A DNA stretch of 63,738 bases, filler included, from Lama guanicoe (GCA_013239625.1; 77 parts of 76 records of this genome joined end to end with filler, not necessarily neighbours in it), one strand, 5' to 3'. Positions 1 to 13,104 are shown, counted from the whole stretch's first letter. Numbers and translations: made by a program. Notes: generated from the sequence alone by a model not told the origin.

Positions 1-668
1 GTCCACAGTCCTGTTTTTTTCATTTCACTTGACTCTCTGTGTTGGTTTCAATGCAGTAAGTAAAACAGCCACCTCTCCCAGTCTTGAAGAGTTGTGTGGG
101 AGATGAACTTTGTCAGTTAGCCCTGCCTACTCTTGGTTGTCAATGAAACTATGATTATCAAAGCAGCTAATTTTATTTTGACATCTTCCAGCAGTTGAGG
201 GTGTGCCAAGATCAGTCAGTATCTCAAAGGTGAGGATCTCAACACCAAGGTTCAGTCTGATTTGACTCCATACCCCCCCAGTAACAGCTTTTGAAGAATA
301 TAAATAATGGGACTGCTAATGTAGTCCCTGCTGGCCCCTAGAGCTAGGAAGTCTGGAGGTGTCCCCTGGAGAACAGTCACAAAGAACAGGGCTTCAGATA
401 AGTATACAAGCTCCTTTCTGGGAAATGTCGGTGAGGTATAGCAAGACAGGCTGAGAGTGTAATGATGGCACCCATAGCCTACCTTCCCTGAGAGCACCTC
501 AGTAGCCCCCTGATGTGTGCCAAACCTGAAGCCTGCCTCCAAGTCCAAAGCTCTTAGACTAGAAAAGGAGGCCTTTTTTCACAAAGTCTGGGGATGTGTC
601 TCAGTCTAATGTGCAAGGTCTGAAAGTGGTAGCCTGCCAGGAAGTGTCTCTCCAACTGTTACAGATCC
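1..668 (-). mobile_element. Probable old LINE-1 5' region fragment
   Basis: AAAACAGCCACCTCTCCCAGTCTTG near 62-86 and its context resemble antisense L1 5'UTR/ORF1-start sequence; recognition only. Confidence 0.35.
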
Positions 669-768
669 NNNNNNNNNNNNNNNNNNNNNNNNNNNNNNNN
701 NNNNNNNNNNNNTTAATTAATTAANNNNNNNNNNNNNNNNNNNNNNNNNNNNNNNNNNNNNNNNNNNN
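669..768. other. Artificial contig-joining linker (N44-TTAATTAATTAA-N44); first of ~76 copies in the window
   Basis: Palindromic TTAATTAATTAA (713-724; TAA stops in all six frames) flanked by 44 N on each side. It recurs between unrelated sequence blocks throughout the window. Confidence 0.98.
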
Positions 769-1557
769 AGATAGTATAGAGAATATAGAATCCAGAATTT
801 ACAACATGGAATGCAGAGCAAAGTATTTAGAGTATAGAATACAGAATACTGTATATAGAATTTAGAATATAGAATGTAGAACACAGAATATAGAATATAG
901 AATACGGAATACAGAGTATACCATTTAGAATATAGAATGTAGAACNNNNNNNNNNNNNNNNNNNNNNNNNNNNNNNNNNNNNNNNNNNNNNNNNNNNNNN
1001 NNNNNNNNNNNNNNNNNNNNNNNNNNNNNNNNNNNNNNNNNNNNNNNNNNNNNNNNNNNNNNNNNNNNNNNNNNNNNNNNNNNNNNNNNNNNNNNNNNNN
1101 NNNNNNNNNNNNNNNNNNNNNNNNNNNNNNNNNNNNNNNNNNNNNNNNNNNNNNNNNNNNNNNNNNNNNNNNNNNNNNNNNNNNNNNNNNNNNNNNNNNN
1201 NNNNNNNNNNNNNNNNNNNNNNNNNNNNNNNNNNNNNNNNNNNNNNNNNNNNNNNNNNNNNNNNNNNNNNNNNNNNNNNNNNNNNNNNNNNNNNNNNNNN
1301 NNNNNNNNNNNNNNNNNNNNNNNNNNNNNNTAGAATATAGTATACTGAATACTGAATATATAACTTAGAAAATAGAATGTAGAAAACAGAATATAGAATA
1401 GAGAATAGAGAATATAGAACCCTGAATTTAGAACATGGAATGCAGAACACAGAAATTAGAATATAGAATAGAGAATACTGAATATAGAATGTAGAACATA
1501 AAATTGTTCCACAAAATTTAAAATATAGAATACAGAATACAGAATATAGAATTTAGA
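769..1557 (+). repeat. Satellite B (AT-rich AGAAT-based degenerate heptamer satellite)
   Basis: Tandem AGAATAT/AGAATAC/AGAATTT/AGAACAC/GGAATGC units; internal N gap. Confidence 0.95.
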
Positions 1558-1657
1558 NNNNNNNNNNNNNNNNNNNNNNNNNNNNNNNNNNNNNNNNNNN
1601 NTTAATTAATTAANNNNNNNNNNNNNNNNNNNNNNNNNNNNNNNNNNNNNNNNNNNN

Positions 1658-2186
1658 CTCCACGCAGCTCTCTTCAGTAAGAGGTGTTCCCTGAATGGGG
1701 AAGTCCAAGAAACACCTTCCCTGACTTTGGGGAAGCAGCCTCTGTCACTGGGATTTCCTGCAAACCCCCCTAGCATTCCCTGGCACAGAGACATTAGGAA
1801 AAAACCCAGGGGAGACGAGCTTAGGCATTCTGTTAGAACACACGCGCTGCCGATAGTTGGTGGAACCTCCCCACGCTCAGGAATCCGGAACCATTGTCAG
1901 TGCGTGGGGAGCTCGAGAGACAACTCCACGCAGCTCTCTTATGTCACAGGTGTACCCTGTTAGGGGGAATTCTGAGAAATTACTTCCCTGAACTTGGGGA
2001 GGGAGCCTCTGTCACTGGGATATCCTGCAAATCCCCCTAGTATTCTCTGCCACAGAGAGAGTAGCAAAATCCTCAACCGTGTTTAGGCATTCCGTTAGAA
2101 ACCATCAGTGTCGACCATTGGTGGAACCTCCCCACGATCAGGAGTCCGGAACCATCGTCAGTGCGTGGGGGACCTCTAAGGACAAC
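1658..2186 (+). repeat. Satellite A, GC-rich ~266-bp monomer
   Basis: CTCCACGCAGCTCTCTT at 1658 and 1924 (period 266). Confidence 0.95.
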
Positions 2187-2286
2187 NNNNNNNNNNNNNN
2201 NNNNNNNNNNNNNNNNNNNNNNNNNNNNNNTTAATTAATTAANNNNNNNNNNNNNNNNNNNNNNNNNNNNNNNNNNNNNNNNNNNN

Positions 2287-3055
2287 ACCTCCCCACACTC
2301 AGGATTCCGGACCATTTTCAGTGCGTGGGGGAGCTAGAGAGAGAACTCCACGTAGCTCTCTTCAGTCACATGTGTTCCCTGAATGGGAAAGTCCGTAAAA
2401 TACCTTCCCTGACCTTGGGGAGGCAGCCTCTGTCACTGGGATTTCCTGCAAACCAACCTAGCATTTCCTGGCACAGAGACATTAGGAAAAAACCCAGGGG
2501 AGACGAGCTTAGGCAATCCGTTACAACCTACGCGCAACCGACATTTGGTGGAACCTCCCCACGCTCAGAACAATTGTCAGTGCGTGGGGAGCTCGAGACA
2601 CAACTCCACGCAGCTCTCTTCAGTCACAGTTGTTCCCTGTTAGGGGGAATTCTGAGAAATACCTTCCCTGACCTTGGGGAGGCAGCATATGTCAGTGGGA
2701 TTCCCTGCAAACCCCCCTAGCATTTCCTGGCACAGAGACATTAGGAAAAAACCCAGGGGAGTTGAGCTTAGGCATTCCGTTAGAACTCACGCGCGGCCGA
2801 CGGTTGGTGGAACCTCCCCACGCTCAGGATTCCGGAACTATTGTCAGTGCATGGGGGAGCTCGAGAGGCAACCCCACGCAGCTCTCTTCAGTCACAGGTG
2901 TTTCCTGAATGGGGACGTCCGAGAAATAACTTCAATGACCTTGGGAGGCATCCTCTGTCACTGGGATTGCATGAAACCCCCCTAGCATTCCCTGGCACAG
3001 AGACATTAAGAAAAAACCTGGGGAGTCGAGCTATGGCATTCCGTTAGAACCCACA
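2287..3055 (+). repeat. Satellite A, ~3 monomers
   Basis: ACCTCCCCAC at 2287, 2553 and 2812 (periods 266 and 259, the latter with a short deletion). Confidence 0.95.
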
Positions 3056-3155
3056 NNNNNNNNNNNNNNNNNNNNNNNNNNNNNNNNNNNNNNNNNNNNT
3101 TAATTAATTAANNNNNNNNNNNNNNNNNNNNNNNNNNNNNNNNNNNNNNNNNNNN

Positions 3156-3599
3156 TTTGTCCTTTTGTATGTGGCTTACTTCCCTTAACGTGTTTTCAAG
3201 GTTCATCCAGTATTGTAGCATGTATCAAAGCTCCATTCTTTTCTATGACTGCATAATATTCCATTGTATATATAGAACACATTTTATTTACTCATCCATC
3301 TGTTGATGGACACAGGCTGTTGCCACATTTGGCTTTTGTGAGTAGTGCTTCAGTGAACACTGGCATGCAAGCATCTGTTTTGGGTATATACCTAGGGGTG
3401 AACATTCTATGTTTAAATACTTGAGGAACTGCCAAACTGTTTTCTGCCACAGTTGTATCATTTAACATGCCCACTAGCAGTGTACGAGGGTTCCAATTTC
3501 TTCACATCCTTGTCAACACTTGTTATTATCCATTAAAAAAATTATAGCCATCCTAATGGGTATGAAGTGGTGTCTCACTGTGGTTTTGATTTGCATTTC
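3156..3599 (-). mobile_element. Old LINE-1 ORF2 C-terminus/3'UTR fragment
   Basis: Minus strand reads EMQIKTTVRHHFIPIRMAII (L1 ORF2 C-terminal motif), followed by typical L1M 3' sequence. Confidence 0.9.
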
Positions 3600-4732
3600 N
3601 NNNNNNNNNNNNNNNNNNNNNNNNNNNNNNNNNNNNNNNNNNNTTAATTAATTAANNNNNNNNNNNNNNNNNNNNNNNNNNNNNNNNNNNNNNNNNNNNT
3701 CCTGAGCCCAGCCAGACACCCCGAAGTCCTGGTTTTAGGCTTTCCAGGGAAGCAAGCACGTTAGTTTGCTTTGGGCAGCATGTCTTCATGGGAGATTAAA
3801 GACGGCTGCAGAATATTTGACAGAGCTCCCCTGGAGAGGTCAAGTGTATCCTTGATGGTCCTCTAAGCCAGAGGCCAGTGGGTAAGAACTGGGTACTGAG
3901 GAGCACCGTCACTGGGGCGGAGGGGCTGGTAGGGGCAGAAAGCAGAGATGGACTCTGAGGAACCAGAGCAGGAGATGCTCATCACATCAAGTTTCCATTT
4001 CATACTCTCAGCCTTGGAAGTGGGCGCTGCTCCCCTTCCNNNNNNNNNNNNNNNNNNNNNNNNNNNNNNNNNNNNNNNNNNNNTTAATTAATTAANNNNN
4101 NNNNNNNNNNNNNNNNNNNNNNNNNNNNNNNNNNNNNNNTGAGCATCTGGGAACCTTAGCAAATTTGAAAACTCTGTTCACCAATGAAACATGGACACCA
4201 ACAGTGTTTGTCTTGTGGAGTCATTACGAGTATTAGTTTGTTGCTCTGCTAGGCTGTGCCGGGTGCTGGGCCAGCAGCTGGGAGGGTGAGCAGTACGCAG
4301 GTGCTTCTGCTCGTGGGTTCGTGGTTCAGAGAATGAGCCGACTGGCAGCGGCCACACAGAACAGCCCACAATTGAAAATATCAGTGGGTGGTCTGCAGGC
4401 CAAGTACCGTGAGAAGGGAGAGTGTGAGACCCCCAAGTGGCGGGAGCTTGGGTATCTGAGTTGCTGCACAGGGGCTGGTGACTGGGAACTCAGAGCATGG
4501 GTGTGGGTTATGTGGGGACCTGATGGGGGTGTGGGCTGGGNNNNNNNNNNNNNNNNNNNNNNNNNNNNNNNNNNNNNNNNNNNNNNNNNNNNNNNNNNNN
4601 NNNNNNNNNNNNNNNNNNNNNNNNNNNNNNNNNNNNNNNNNNNNNNNNNNNNNNNNNNNNNNNNNNNNNNNNNNNNNNNNNNNNNNNNNNNNNNNNNNNN
4701 NNNNNNNNNNNNNNNNNNNNNNNNNNNNNNNN

Positions 4733-4975
4733 TGGAGATGGAGTTGACAGATCCAAGATACATCTTGGAGCTAAAACAACCAGGAGTTGGTGATGGCTTG
4801 GGTGCAGAGAGCGGGTCAGGGAGAGAGAAGAGTCAAGAATAAGGGGGTGGGTTGGGTTTGGCTCAGCGGCGAGGTGATGGTGGTTCAGACCAAGGAAATG
4901 GCAGTGGAGATGGAGGCAAGTTGACAGATCCAAGATACATCTTGGAGCTAAAACAACCAGGACTTGGTGAGGTGA
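4733..4975. repeat. ~177-bp direct repeat of L2-like sequence
   Basis: GTTGACAGATCCAAGATACATCTTGGAGCTAAAACAACCAGGA at 4743 and 4920. Confidence 0.7.
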
Positions 4976-5075
4976 NNNNNNNNNNNNNNNNNNNNNNNNN
5001 NNNNNNNNNNNNNNNNNNNTTAATTAATTAANNNNNNNNNNNNNNNNNNNNNNNNNNNNNNNNNNNNNNNNNNNN

Positions 5076-6434
5076 AGAATATAGAATGTAGAACACAGAA
5101 TATACAATATAGAATACGGAATGCCGAAAAGAGAATATACAATATCGAAGGAAGAACACAGAATTTAGATTATAGAAAAGAGAATATAGAATCCAGAATA
5201 TAGATCATGGAAATCAGAACACAGAATTGAAATATAGAATACAGAATACTGAATATAGATTTTAGAATATAGCATGTAGAACACAGAATATAGAATATAG
5301 TATACGAAATGCAAAATATAGTATGTAGAATATAGAATGNNNNNNNNNNNNNNNNNNNNNNNNNNNNNNNNNNNNNNNNNNNNNNNNNNNNNNNNNNNNN
5401 NNNNNNNNNNNNNNNNNNNNNNNNNNNNNNNNNNNNNNNNNNNNNNNNNNNNNNNNNNNNNNNNNNNNNNNNNNNNNNNNNNNNNNNNNNNNNNNNNNNN
5501 NNNNNNNNNNNNNNNNNNNNNNNNNNNNNNNNNNNNNNNNNNNNNNNNNNNNNNNNNNNNNNNNNNNNNNNNNNNNNNNNNNNNNNNNNNNNNNNNNNNN
5601 NNNNNNNNNNNNNNNNNNNNNNNNNNNNNNNNNNNNNNNNNNNNNNNNNNNNNNNNNNNNNNNNNNNNNNNNNNNNNNNNNNNNNNNNNNNNNNNNNNNN
5701 NNNNNNNNNNNNNNNNNNNNNNNNNNNNNNNNAGAATACTGAATATAGAATTTAGAATATAGAATGTTGAACACAGATTATAGAATATACAGTAGACATG
5801 ATCGAACCCAGAATTTAAAACATGGAATGCCGAACACAAAATTTAGAAAATAGAATACAGATTACTGAATGAAGAATTTAGAACATATAATGCAGAACAC
5901 AGAATTTAGAATATAGTATACAGAATAATGAATATAGTATATAGAACATGGAATGCAGAACACAGAATTTAGAATACAGACTGTAGAACACATAATACAG
6001 AATAGAGAATACGGGATGCAGAATATAGAATGTAGAACACAGAATATAGAATAGAGAATATAGAACCCAGGATTTAGAAAATGGAATGCAGAACACAGAA
6101 TTTAGAATACAATATACAGAATATAGAATTTAGAATACAGACTGTAGAACACATAATACAGAATAGAGAATACGGGATGCAGAATATAGAATGTAGAATA
6201 AAGAATGAAAAACACAAAATATAGAATAGAGTAGAGAATATAGCACCCAGAATTTAAAACACGGAATGCAGGACACAGAATTTAGAATATAGAATACAGA
6301 ATACTGAATATAGAATTTAGAATATAGAATGTAGAACACAGAATAAAGAATAGGGAATAGAGAATAGAAAATCCAGAGTTTTGCCCATGGAATGTAGAAC
6401 ACAGATTATAGAATATGGAAAACAGAATACAAAA
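5076..6434 (+). repeat. Satellite B
   Basis: AGAAT-heptamer array. Confidence 0.95.
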
Positions 6435-6534
6435 NNNNNNNNNNNNNNNNNNNNNNNNNNNNNNNNNNNNNNNNNNNNTTAATTAATTAANNNNNNNNNN
6501 NNNNNNNNNNNNNNNNNNNNNNNNNNNNNNNNNN

Positions 6535-7224
6535 TTTCTTAAGTTACCTTACACCCTGAAAACTCCAGCACTAGGGTTTTTTTTTCTTTCAAAAAAAAAA
6601 GAGCTTAAGGTTGATTTATTACACCAAAATGAAAGGAATTTTCACTTTAGATTTTAATCCCAAATGTACACTTTATGGAATCATAGAACAAACAGTTCAC
6701 AGAAGGGCCACGAAGAGCCGTGGGCGTCCAATCCCATGACCATTACTCCCCACACTCTGCCAAAACCTGGCCTCGTTTTAAAAAATGATTTCCAAACTGC
6801 ATTTCTGGAAACAATTTCTGTGCTTCGATTACTTTCACAAAGCAAGCCCAATGTATCGATCCGTACCTAAAATACAGCAAGCAATAGAATGGTGCCTTTT
6901 CAATGAAATAAGCAAAGCAAAACCACTTGACATGTTTAATTACTTACACAGGCTACCAAAGGGGGAAAAAACCCAGTAAACCTCAGTTTACCCATATGTA
7001 CCTCAGAAAGCTTCCCTAATCCCAAAGGTCCTTTGGTTATTTCCAACAAAATTATTCTACATAAATGTATAAATTGGGTATTTACAGAAGTCAAAAAATG
7101 TACCTCAGTTCCCCAATCCCAAAGGTCCTTTGGTCATTTCCAACAAAATTATTCTACATAAATGTATAAATTGGGTATTTACAGAAGTCAAAAATCCTAA
7201 GATTCTTATTCCACAGTACAGTAT
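6535..7224 (-). other. Probable 3'UTR end with polyadenylation signal; contains ~97-bp tandem duplication
   Basis: Minus-strand AATAAA (6615-6620) followed by a T-rich tract; CCCAAAGGTCCTTTGG...CAGAAGTCAAAAA duplicated at 7021 and 7118. Confidence 0.4.
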
Positions 7225-7324
7225 NNNNNNNNNNNNNNNNNNNNNNNNNNNNNNNNNNNNNNNNNNNNTTAATTAATTAANNNNNNNNNNNNNNNNNNNN
7301 NNNNNNNNNNNNNNNNNNNNNNNN

Positions 7325-7776
7325 TTTGCCAATAGAGCACGTGTGGGGCTGAATCAGAGCTATCGTGCAATCTTGTCTGATGGATCCAGGGGGTCTTGGG
7401 TATGAAATCAGAATGAAAAGCCTTAGGATCTGCTACATTCATAACCTGGGCTGGGATTATGCTTTGGTTTGAGGCACAGGATGCGCAACAGCTCTGCGGT
7501 TGCCTTCGTGCACCCGTGCCACTAGGATGAGAGGACAAGGAAGAGTGGTCCAAGTAGAAGCATTACCTTCACCATTATCTCCCAAAAGCGGATGCTACAT
7601 TTTGGATGGCACCGGCACGGAACGGCACAGAGGACGCCAATGCAGGTCTGCGGGACCATTCCAGCAGACCCTGATGTGTGACATCCATAGATATGCATCC
7701 ACTGTTGTGTCAGTAGACAGAGAAACACTGGGAAGAACTGCTTTCATTGGGACATTCCCGTGGCTCTTCAAAGCAC
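7325..7776 (+). repeat. Repeat family C (long unit, >1.2 kb)
   Basis: Colinear with 45433-45770 and reverse-complement of 9293-9550. Confidence 0.85.
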
Positions 7777-7989
7777 NNNNNNNNNNNNNNNNNNNNNNNN
7801 NNNNNNNNNNNNNNNNNNNNTTAATTAATTAANNNNNNNNNNNNNNNNNNNNNNNNNNNNNNNNNNNNNNNNNNNNAGATAGTGCTTCCAATTACCTACG
7901 ATTTCATGCTTCCCTCTCCAACTTTAAGGTTTTTGATGTCCTCCTTGCCTTCTCCTTGTTTCTTATTTACCACTCATGCTCTTCTTGCA

Positions 7990-8722
7990 TTTCCAATACT
8001 GGTTTTCTTCTTTCCATTTCATCTTGCTGCTTTTCTATTCAGGGGAGAATTCTAAACTTTTATTTTAGGATAAGTTTCGAACTGCAGAATTCTTTTAAGA
8101 TTTGTCGGTCTGTGGAATTCTCTAGCTCTGCCGTTATTAGAAATGGCGGTCATGTGGCATAGGCTACCCTAGATGGCAACATTTTGCCCTTCAGGATATG
8201 GTCTATGTCCTAGCACTCCTCCCTGTCTTGCAAAATTTCTGCCGAATCTGCCGAGATATCAGCTGAAACTCATCTGGAGGTTCTCTTGTGACTATGTTTT
8301 TTTCTCTAGGCACATTTTAAATCACTGTGATGCTCATGAACTTTATTGGATTGAATCATACAGCTGCTGGTAGGTCTATTGGGATTCCACCTCCTTTGGA
8401 CGCTGTATAATTCCTGAATTTGCATAGATGATTCTTTCTTGGCTTTCAGATAGTTTCAGTCTGATTTTTCTACAGATAACACTTCAGACAATTTTTTGTT
8501 TCTTTATCTCTTGCTTTTCCATCTGGGACTGGTCCGAATCCAAGTTTTTCATGCCTTGTCTTACCAAGGATTCAACAGCAATGTTTTCATTGGTTTGCAC
8601 TTGCTTCCCAATGTCTGCTTCTGACCGAGGGATTTCTGTTCCCCTGTCTTCACAATCATTCGCGTGTCCCTCTGCATTATCTAGTCTGCTTAGAACTGAA
8701 TTTTAGCCCTGATATTATCTCA
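7990..8722 (-). mobile_element. Degenerate LINE-1 ORF1 fragment
   Basis: Minus strand gives SRLDNAEGHANDCEDRGTEI... and later ...SAEILQDREEC*DIDHILKGKMLPSRVAY...ELENSTDRQILKEFCSSKLILK, colinear with the L1 ORF1p coiled-coil/RRM/CTD; stops and frameshifts present. Confidence 0.8.
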
Positions 8723-8822
8723 NNNNNNNNNNNNNNNNNNNNNNNNNNNNNNNNNNNNNNNNNNNNTTAATTAATTAANNNNNNNNNNNNNNNNNNNNNN
8801 NNNNNNNNNNNNNNNNNNNNNN

Positions 8823-9550
8823 TTGTGTTGCCTTTGTTGTGATGAACACCCCATACTATTTCGATTAACATAACCTCCATTTCATTACGCTTATCTCACA
8901 AATCTGAATGTTCACAGGACACATCCTCTGGTGGAAATGAAGCTTCTAAAGGCTCTCAGCTCTGCATTCTGCTCTATGTCATTTTGGAGTGATTCCAAAA
9001 CAGCAAACTGAGAGTGCGCTTGTGCTTTATAATGCCACNNNNNNNNNNNNNNNNNNNNNNNNNNNNNNNNNNNNNNNNNNNNNNNNNNNNNNNNNNNNNN
9101 NNNNNNNNNNNNNNNNNNNNNNNNNNNNNNNNNNNNNNNNNNNNNNNNNNNNNNNNNNNNNNNNNNNNNNNNNNNNNNNNNNNNNNNNNNNNNNNNNNNN
9201 NNNNNNNNNNNNNNNNNNNNNNNNNNNNNNNNNNNNNNNNNNNNNNNNNNNNNNNNNNNNNNNNNNNNNNNNNNNNNNNNNNNNNNNNNNNNCTCTTCCT
9301 TGTCCTCTCATCCTTGTGGCTCGGGTGCACGAAGGCAACCACAGAGCTTTTGCGCATCCTGTGCCTCAAAGCAAACCATAATCCCAGCCCAGGTTATGAA
9401 TGTAGCAGATCCTAAGGCTTTTCATTCTGATTTCAAACCCAAGGCCCCCTGGATCCCTCAGACCAGATGCACGATATCTCTGATTCAGGCCCACACGTGC
9501 ACTTTTGGCAAAATGCCCAATTGGTCCCTGGTCCTGCAGATGCACTGGGT
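8823..9550 (-). repeat. Repeat family C
   Basis: Reverse complement matches the 7325-7776 and 44822-46050 contigs on both sides of the internal gap. Confidence 0.85.
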
Positions 9551-12208
9551 NNNNNNNNNNNNNNNNNNNNNNNNNNNNNNNNNNNNNNNNNNNNTTAATT
9601 AATTAANNNNNNNNNNNNNNNNNNNNNNNNNNNNNNNNNNNNNNNNNNNNGGGATGCTGTGTGTGCCTTGGGGTCACAGCAAACTCTTGTTGGGGGTGGC
9701 CGACCCTGCCATGCCTGATGCCCCGTGAGTGTTGGTGAGGGTCCCCCTAACCAGGGGCTCTCTTCAGGAACCACCATATGGGCATTGACCTCTGGAGAAC
9801 ACTTTTTCAGCTGCAGGAAAATTTTTCAGATTCTGTGATGGAAAAATCACTCCAGCTGCAGATAATCAGGGAATAAAGGAAGAGGAAAAGGGCTTGAAGT
9901 AGAGTAGAAGAGAAGGACAGAAGATCAGGGAACCTGGGGGCTTGGCAGCTGGGCCTCGGAAGAGAGAGGAGCAGAGGTGTGGAAGTGGCCGGCTACGGAA
10001 CCAGCTCCTGCACATTTCCCTGCACCCAAACCACACAGCTTTTAATTGGGCCCAGGACTCCCTCCTGTCTGGATGTCACCCTGGGCAGATCCTTGAGAAT
10101 CGAAGCAAAGGGGTGGTCAGAACTCACCTAGGGGGTCACTGAGGACTTTGCTCAAGTCCACATTGACTTTTCCAGTCATGTGCCTTCACCTGTTCTTTAT
10201 CTCAGGATCTGAGAAGCAGGAGCAAGGAACTCATGGAGAGATCCAGGAAGATATCTGACTGTGTTAAGAGACGACNNNNNNNNNNNNNNNNNNNNNNNNN
10301 NNNNNNNNNNNNNNNNNNNNNNNNNNNNNNNNNNNNNNNNNNNNNNNNNNNNNNNNNNNNNNNNNNNNNNNNNNNNNNNNNNNNNNNNGAAAGGAATGAT
10401 TAACACGGACAATTGAAATTTTGTTAAAAGGCCTGCTACTGTTAATTGTATCACTTGAATGTATGCAGGTGTTTTTCTATGAGCATTCATAGGTTCACAA
10501 AACCCCACCAGCCACTCTTGCTCCCATCTGGTGTGGGCTTTCTCAAGCACAGTGCCCTTCCTGCTTGGGTGGGCCACGCTGCTGGTCCTCGCCTGGGGCC
10601 GGGCTGCTACAGGACACTGAGTCCCCGAGGCACGGCCTGGGATACATGACAGGAACATCTCTGCTCTTGGCTGAGGGCTTCCTTTTCCCCCTGCAGTGTA
10701 AGAATGTCGGTTACTCAGTTAGAAGCATGCATCCAAGCCGTCCTTCCGTGTCATCANNNNNNNNNNNNNNNNNNNNNNNNNNNNNNNNNNNNNNNNNNNN
10801 TTAATTAATTAANNNNNNNNNNNNNNNNNNNNNNNNNNNNNNNNNNNNNNNNNNNNGGGCTGCAGGGGCCTGACTGCACGACTTACTAAGTGACCTATTA
10901 ACGTGGTTGCTCTAGGCCTTGTCCCAAGTGGCTTGCTTACTATACCTGGTACATGGGAAATATAAAATAAGTACTAGAACCTCCAATTTTTCTCCCTCTT
11001 GGGCCTTCCAACCTAAAAAGTAATAAGTGAACTCAGACGGCATAGTCACCACAATGAGGTCAGACCACCCTGGCTCCCCTGAGTGACCGGCACTGACTTG
11101 CACATTAACTCGGAATAGTAGGGGAACCGCCTTCCTCTAACTGGGCCTCTCCCCACACCAGGCACGCCCTTGGCTGAGACGGGGCCAACTCCCCTATTGA
11201 GGTGTGTGCTGGTGGCTTCAGTGTGACATGGCCCTGCCGGGACACGAACCTGCATTGAGGTGGAGGGTCAGGAGGAGGGGGGTCCCTGTTGGGGCAGCAG
11301 GGGGCCTGGTGACACCCTGCCCAGCCTGGTGCCTAGGGCTCCCCAANNNNNNNNNNNNNNNNNNNNNNNNNNNNNNNNNNNNNNNNNNNNNNNNNNNNNN
11401 NNNNNNNNNNNNNNNNNNNNNNNNNNNNNNNNNNNNNNNNNNNNNNNNNNNNNNNNNNNNNNNNNNNNNNNNNNNNNNNNNNNNNNNNNNNNNNNNNNNN
11501 NNNNNNNNNNNNNNNNNNNNNNNNNNNNNNNNNNNNNNNNNNNNNNNNNNNNNNNNNNNNNNNNNNNNNNNNNNNNNNNNNNNNNNNNNNNNNNNNNNNN
11601 NNNNNNNNNNNNNNNNNNNNNNNNNNNNNNNNNNNNNNNNNNNNNNNNNNNNNNNNNNNNNNNNNNNNNNNNNNNNNNNNNNNNNNNNNNNNNNNNNNNN
11701 NNNNNNNNNNNNNNNNNNNNNNNNNNNNNNNNNNNNNNNNNNNNNNNNNNNNNNNNNNNNNNNNNNNNNNNNNNNNNNNNNNNNNNNNNNNNNNNNNNNN
11801 NNNNNNNNNNNNNNNNNNNNNNNNNNNNNNNNNNNNNNNNNNNNNNNNNNNNNNNNNNNNNNCTTTGTTTAGGAGGATGAAGGTGGGGCAAGTGGAGACA
11901 TAAATTCACACTTAGTGACACCAAGTCACAGCCAGTACTTCCTCCTCGGAGAGCTATGTGCTCCCACAGTGGTGGCTGGGTGGCTGGGCAGAGCCCCTGT
12001 ACTGGTCACAGAGGGACTTTCTCCTCTGGCTGCAACTGATGGGTTGGACAACAAATCCAGATGGGGCAGAGCATCTTTCCCGGGAATTTGGAACTGACAC
12101 ACAGAAATNNNNNNNNNNNNNNNNNNNNNNNNNNNNNNNNNNNNNNNNNNNNTTAATTAATTAANNNNNNNNNNNNNNNNNNNNNNNNNNNNNNNNNNNN
12201 NNNNNNNN

Positions 12209-13004
12209 CTGTATTCTATATTCTAAATTCTGTGTTCTGCATTCAATGTTCTAATTTTGGTGTTCCATATTTTCTATTCTATATTGTATATTCTCTATTC
12301 TCCATTCTATATTCTGTATTCTATATTCTGCATTCCATATTCTATATTCTATATTCTGTGTTCTACATTGTGTATTCTAAATTCTATATTCAGTAATCTG
12401 TATTATATATTTTAAATTCAGTGTTCTGCATTCCATGTTCTAAATTTTGGGTTCTGTATTCTATTTTCCATATTCTATATTTTGTGTTTTACATTCTATA
12501 TTCTGTATTCTATATTCTNNNNNNNNNNNNNNNNNNNNNNNNNNNNNNNNNNNNNNNNNNNNNNNNNNNNNNNNNNNNNNNNNNNNNNNNNNNAGTATTC
12601 GGTATATTCTATATTCTGTGTTCTGGATTCCATGTTCTACATTCTGGGTTCTATATACTCTATACTATATTCTATATTCTGTGTTCTTCATTCTATATTC
12701 TAAATTCTATATTCAGTATTCTGTATTCCATATTCTAAAATCTGTGTTCTGCATTCCATGTTCTATATTCTGAGTTCTCTATTCTGTTATCCATATTCTA
12801 TATTCTGTGTTCTGCTTTCTATATTCTGTATTGAATATTCTGCATGCCGTATTCTATATTCTGTGTTCTAATTCTATATTCAGTATTCTGTATTTTATAT
12901 TCTAAATTCTATGTTTTGAATTTTATGTTCTAAATTTTGGGTTCCATATACTCTATTCAATGTTCTATATTCTGTGTTCTACATTCTATATTCTGTATTC
13001 TATA
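12209..13004 (-). repeat. Satellite B
   Basis: ATTCT-heptamer array (reverse orientation). Confidence 0.95.
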
Positions 13005-13104
13005 NNNNNNNNNNNNNNNNNNNNNNNNNNNNNNNNNNNNNNNNNNNNTTAATTAATTAANNNNNNNNNNNNNNNNNNNNNNNNNNNNNNNNNNNNNNNN
13101 NNNN

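Noticed and set aside
1727..3047. Repeated ORFs (MGRQPLSLGFPANPPSI…) as a multicopy gene family
   Set aside because: Translations of satellite A monomers; frames shift between copies.
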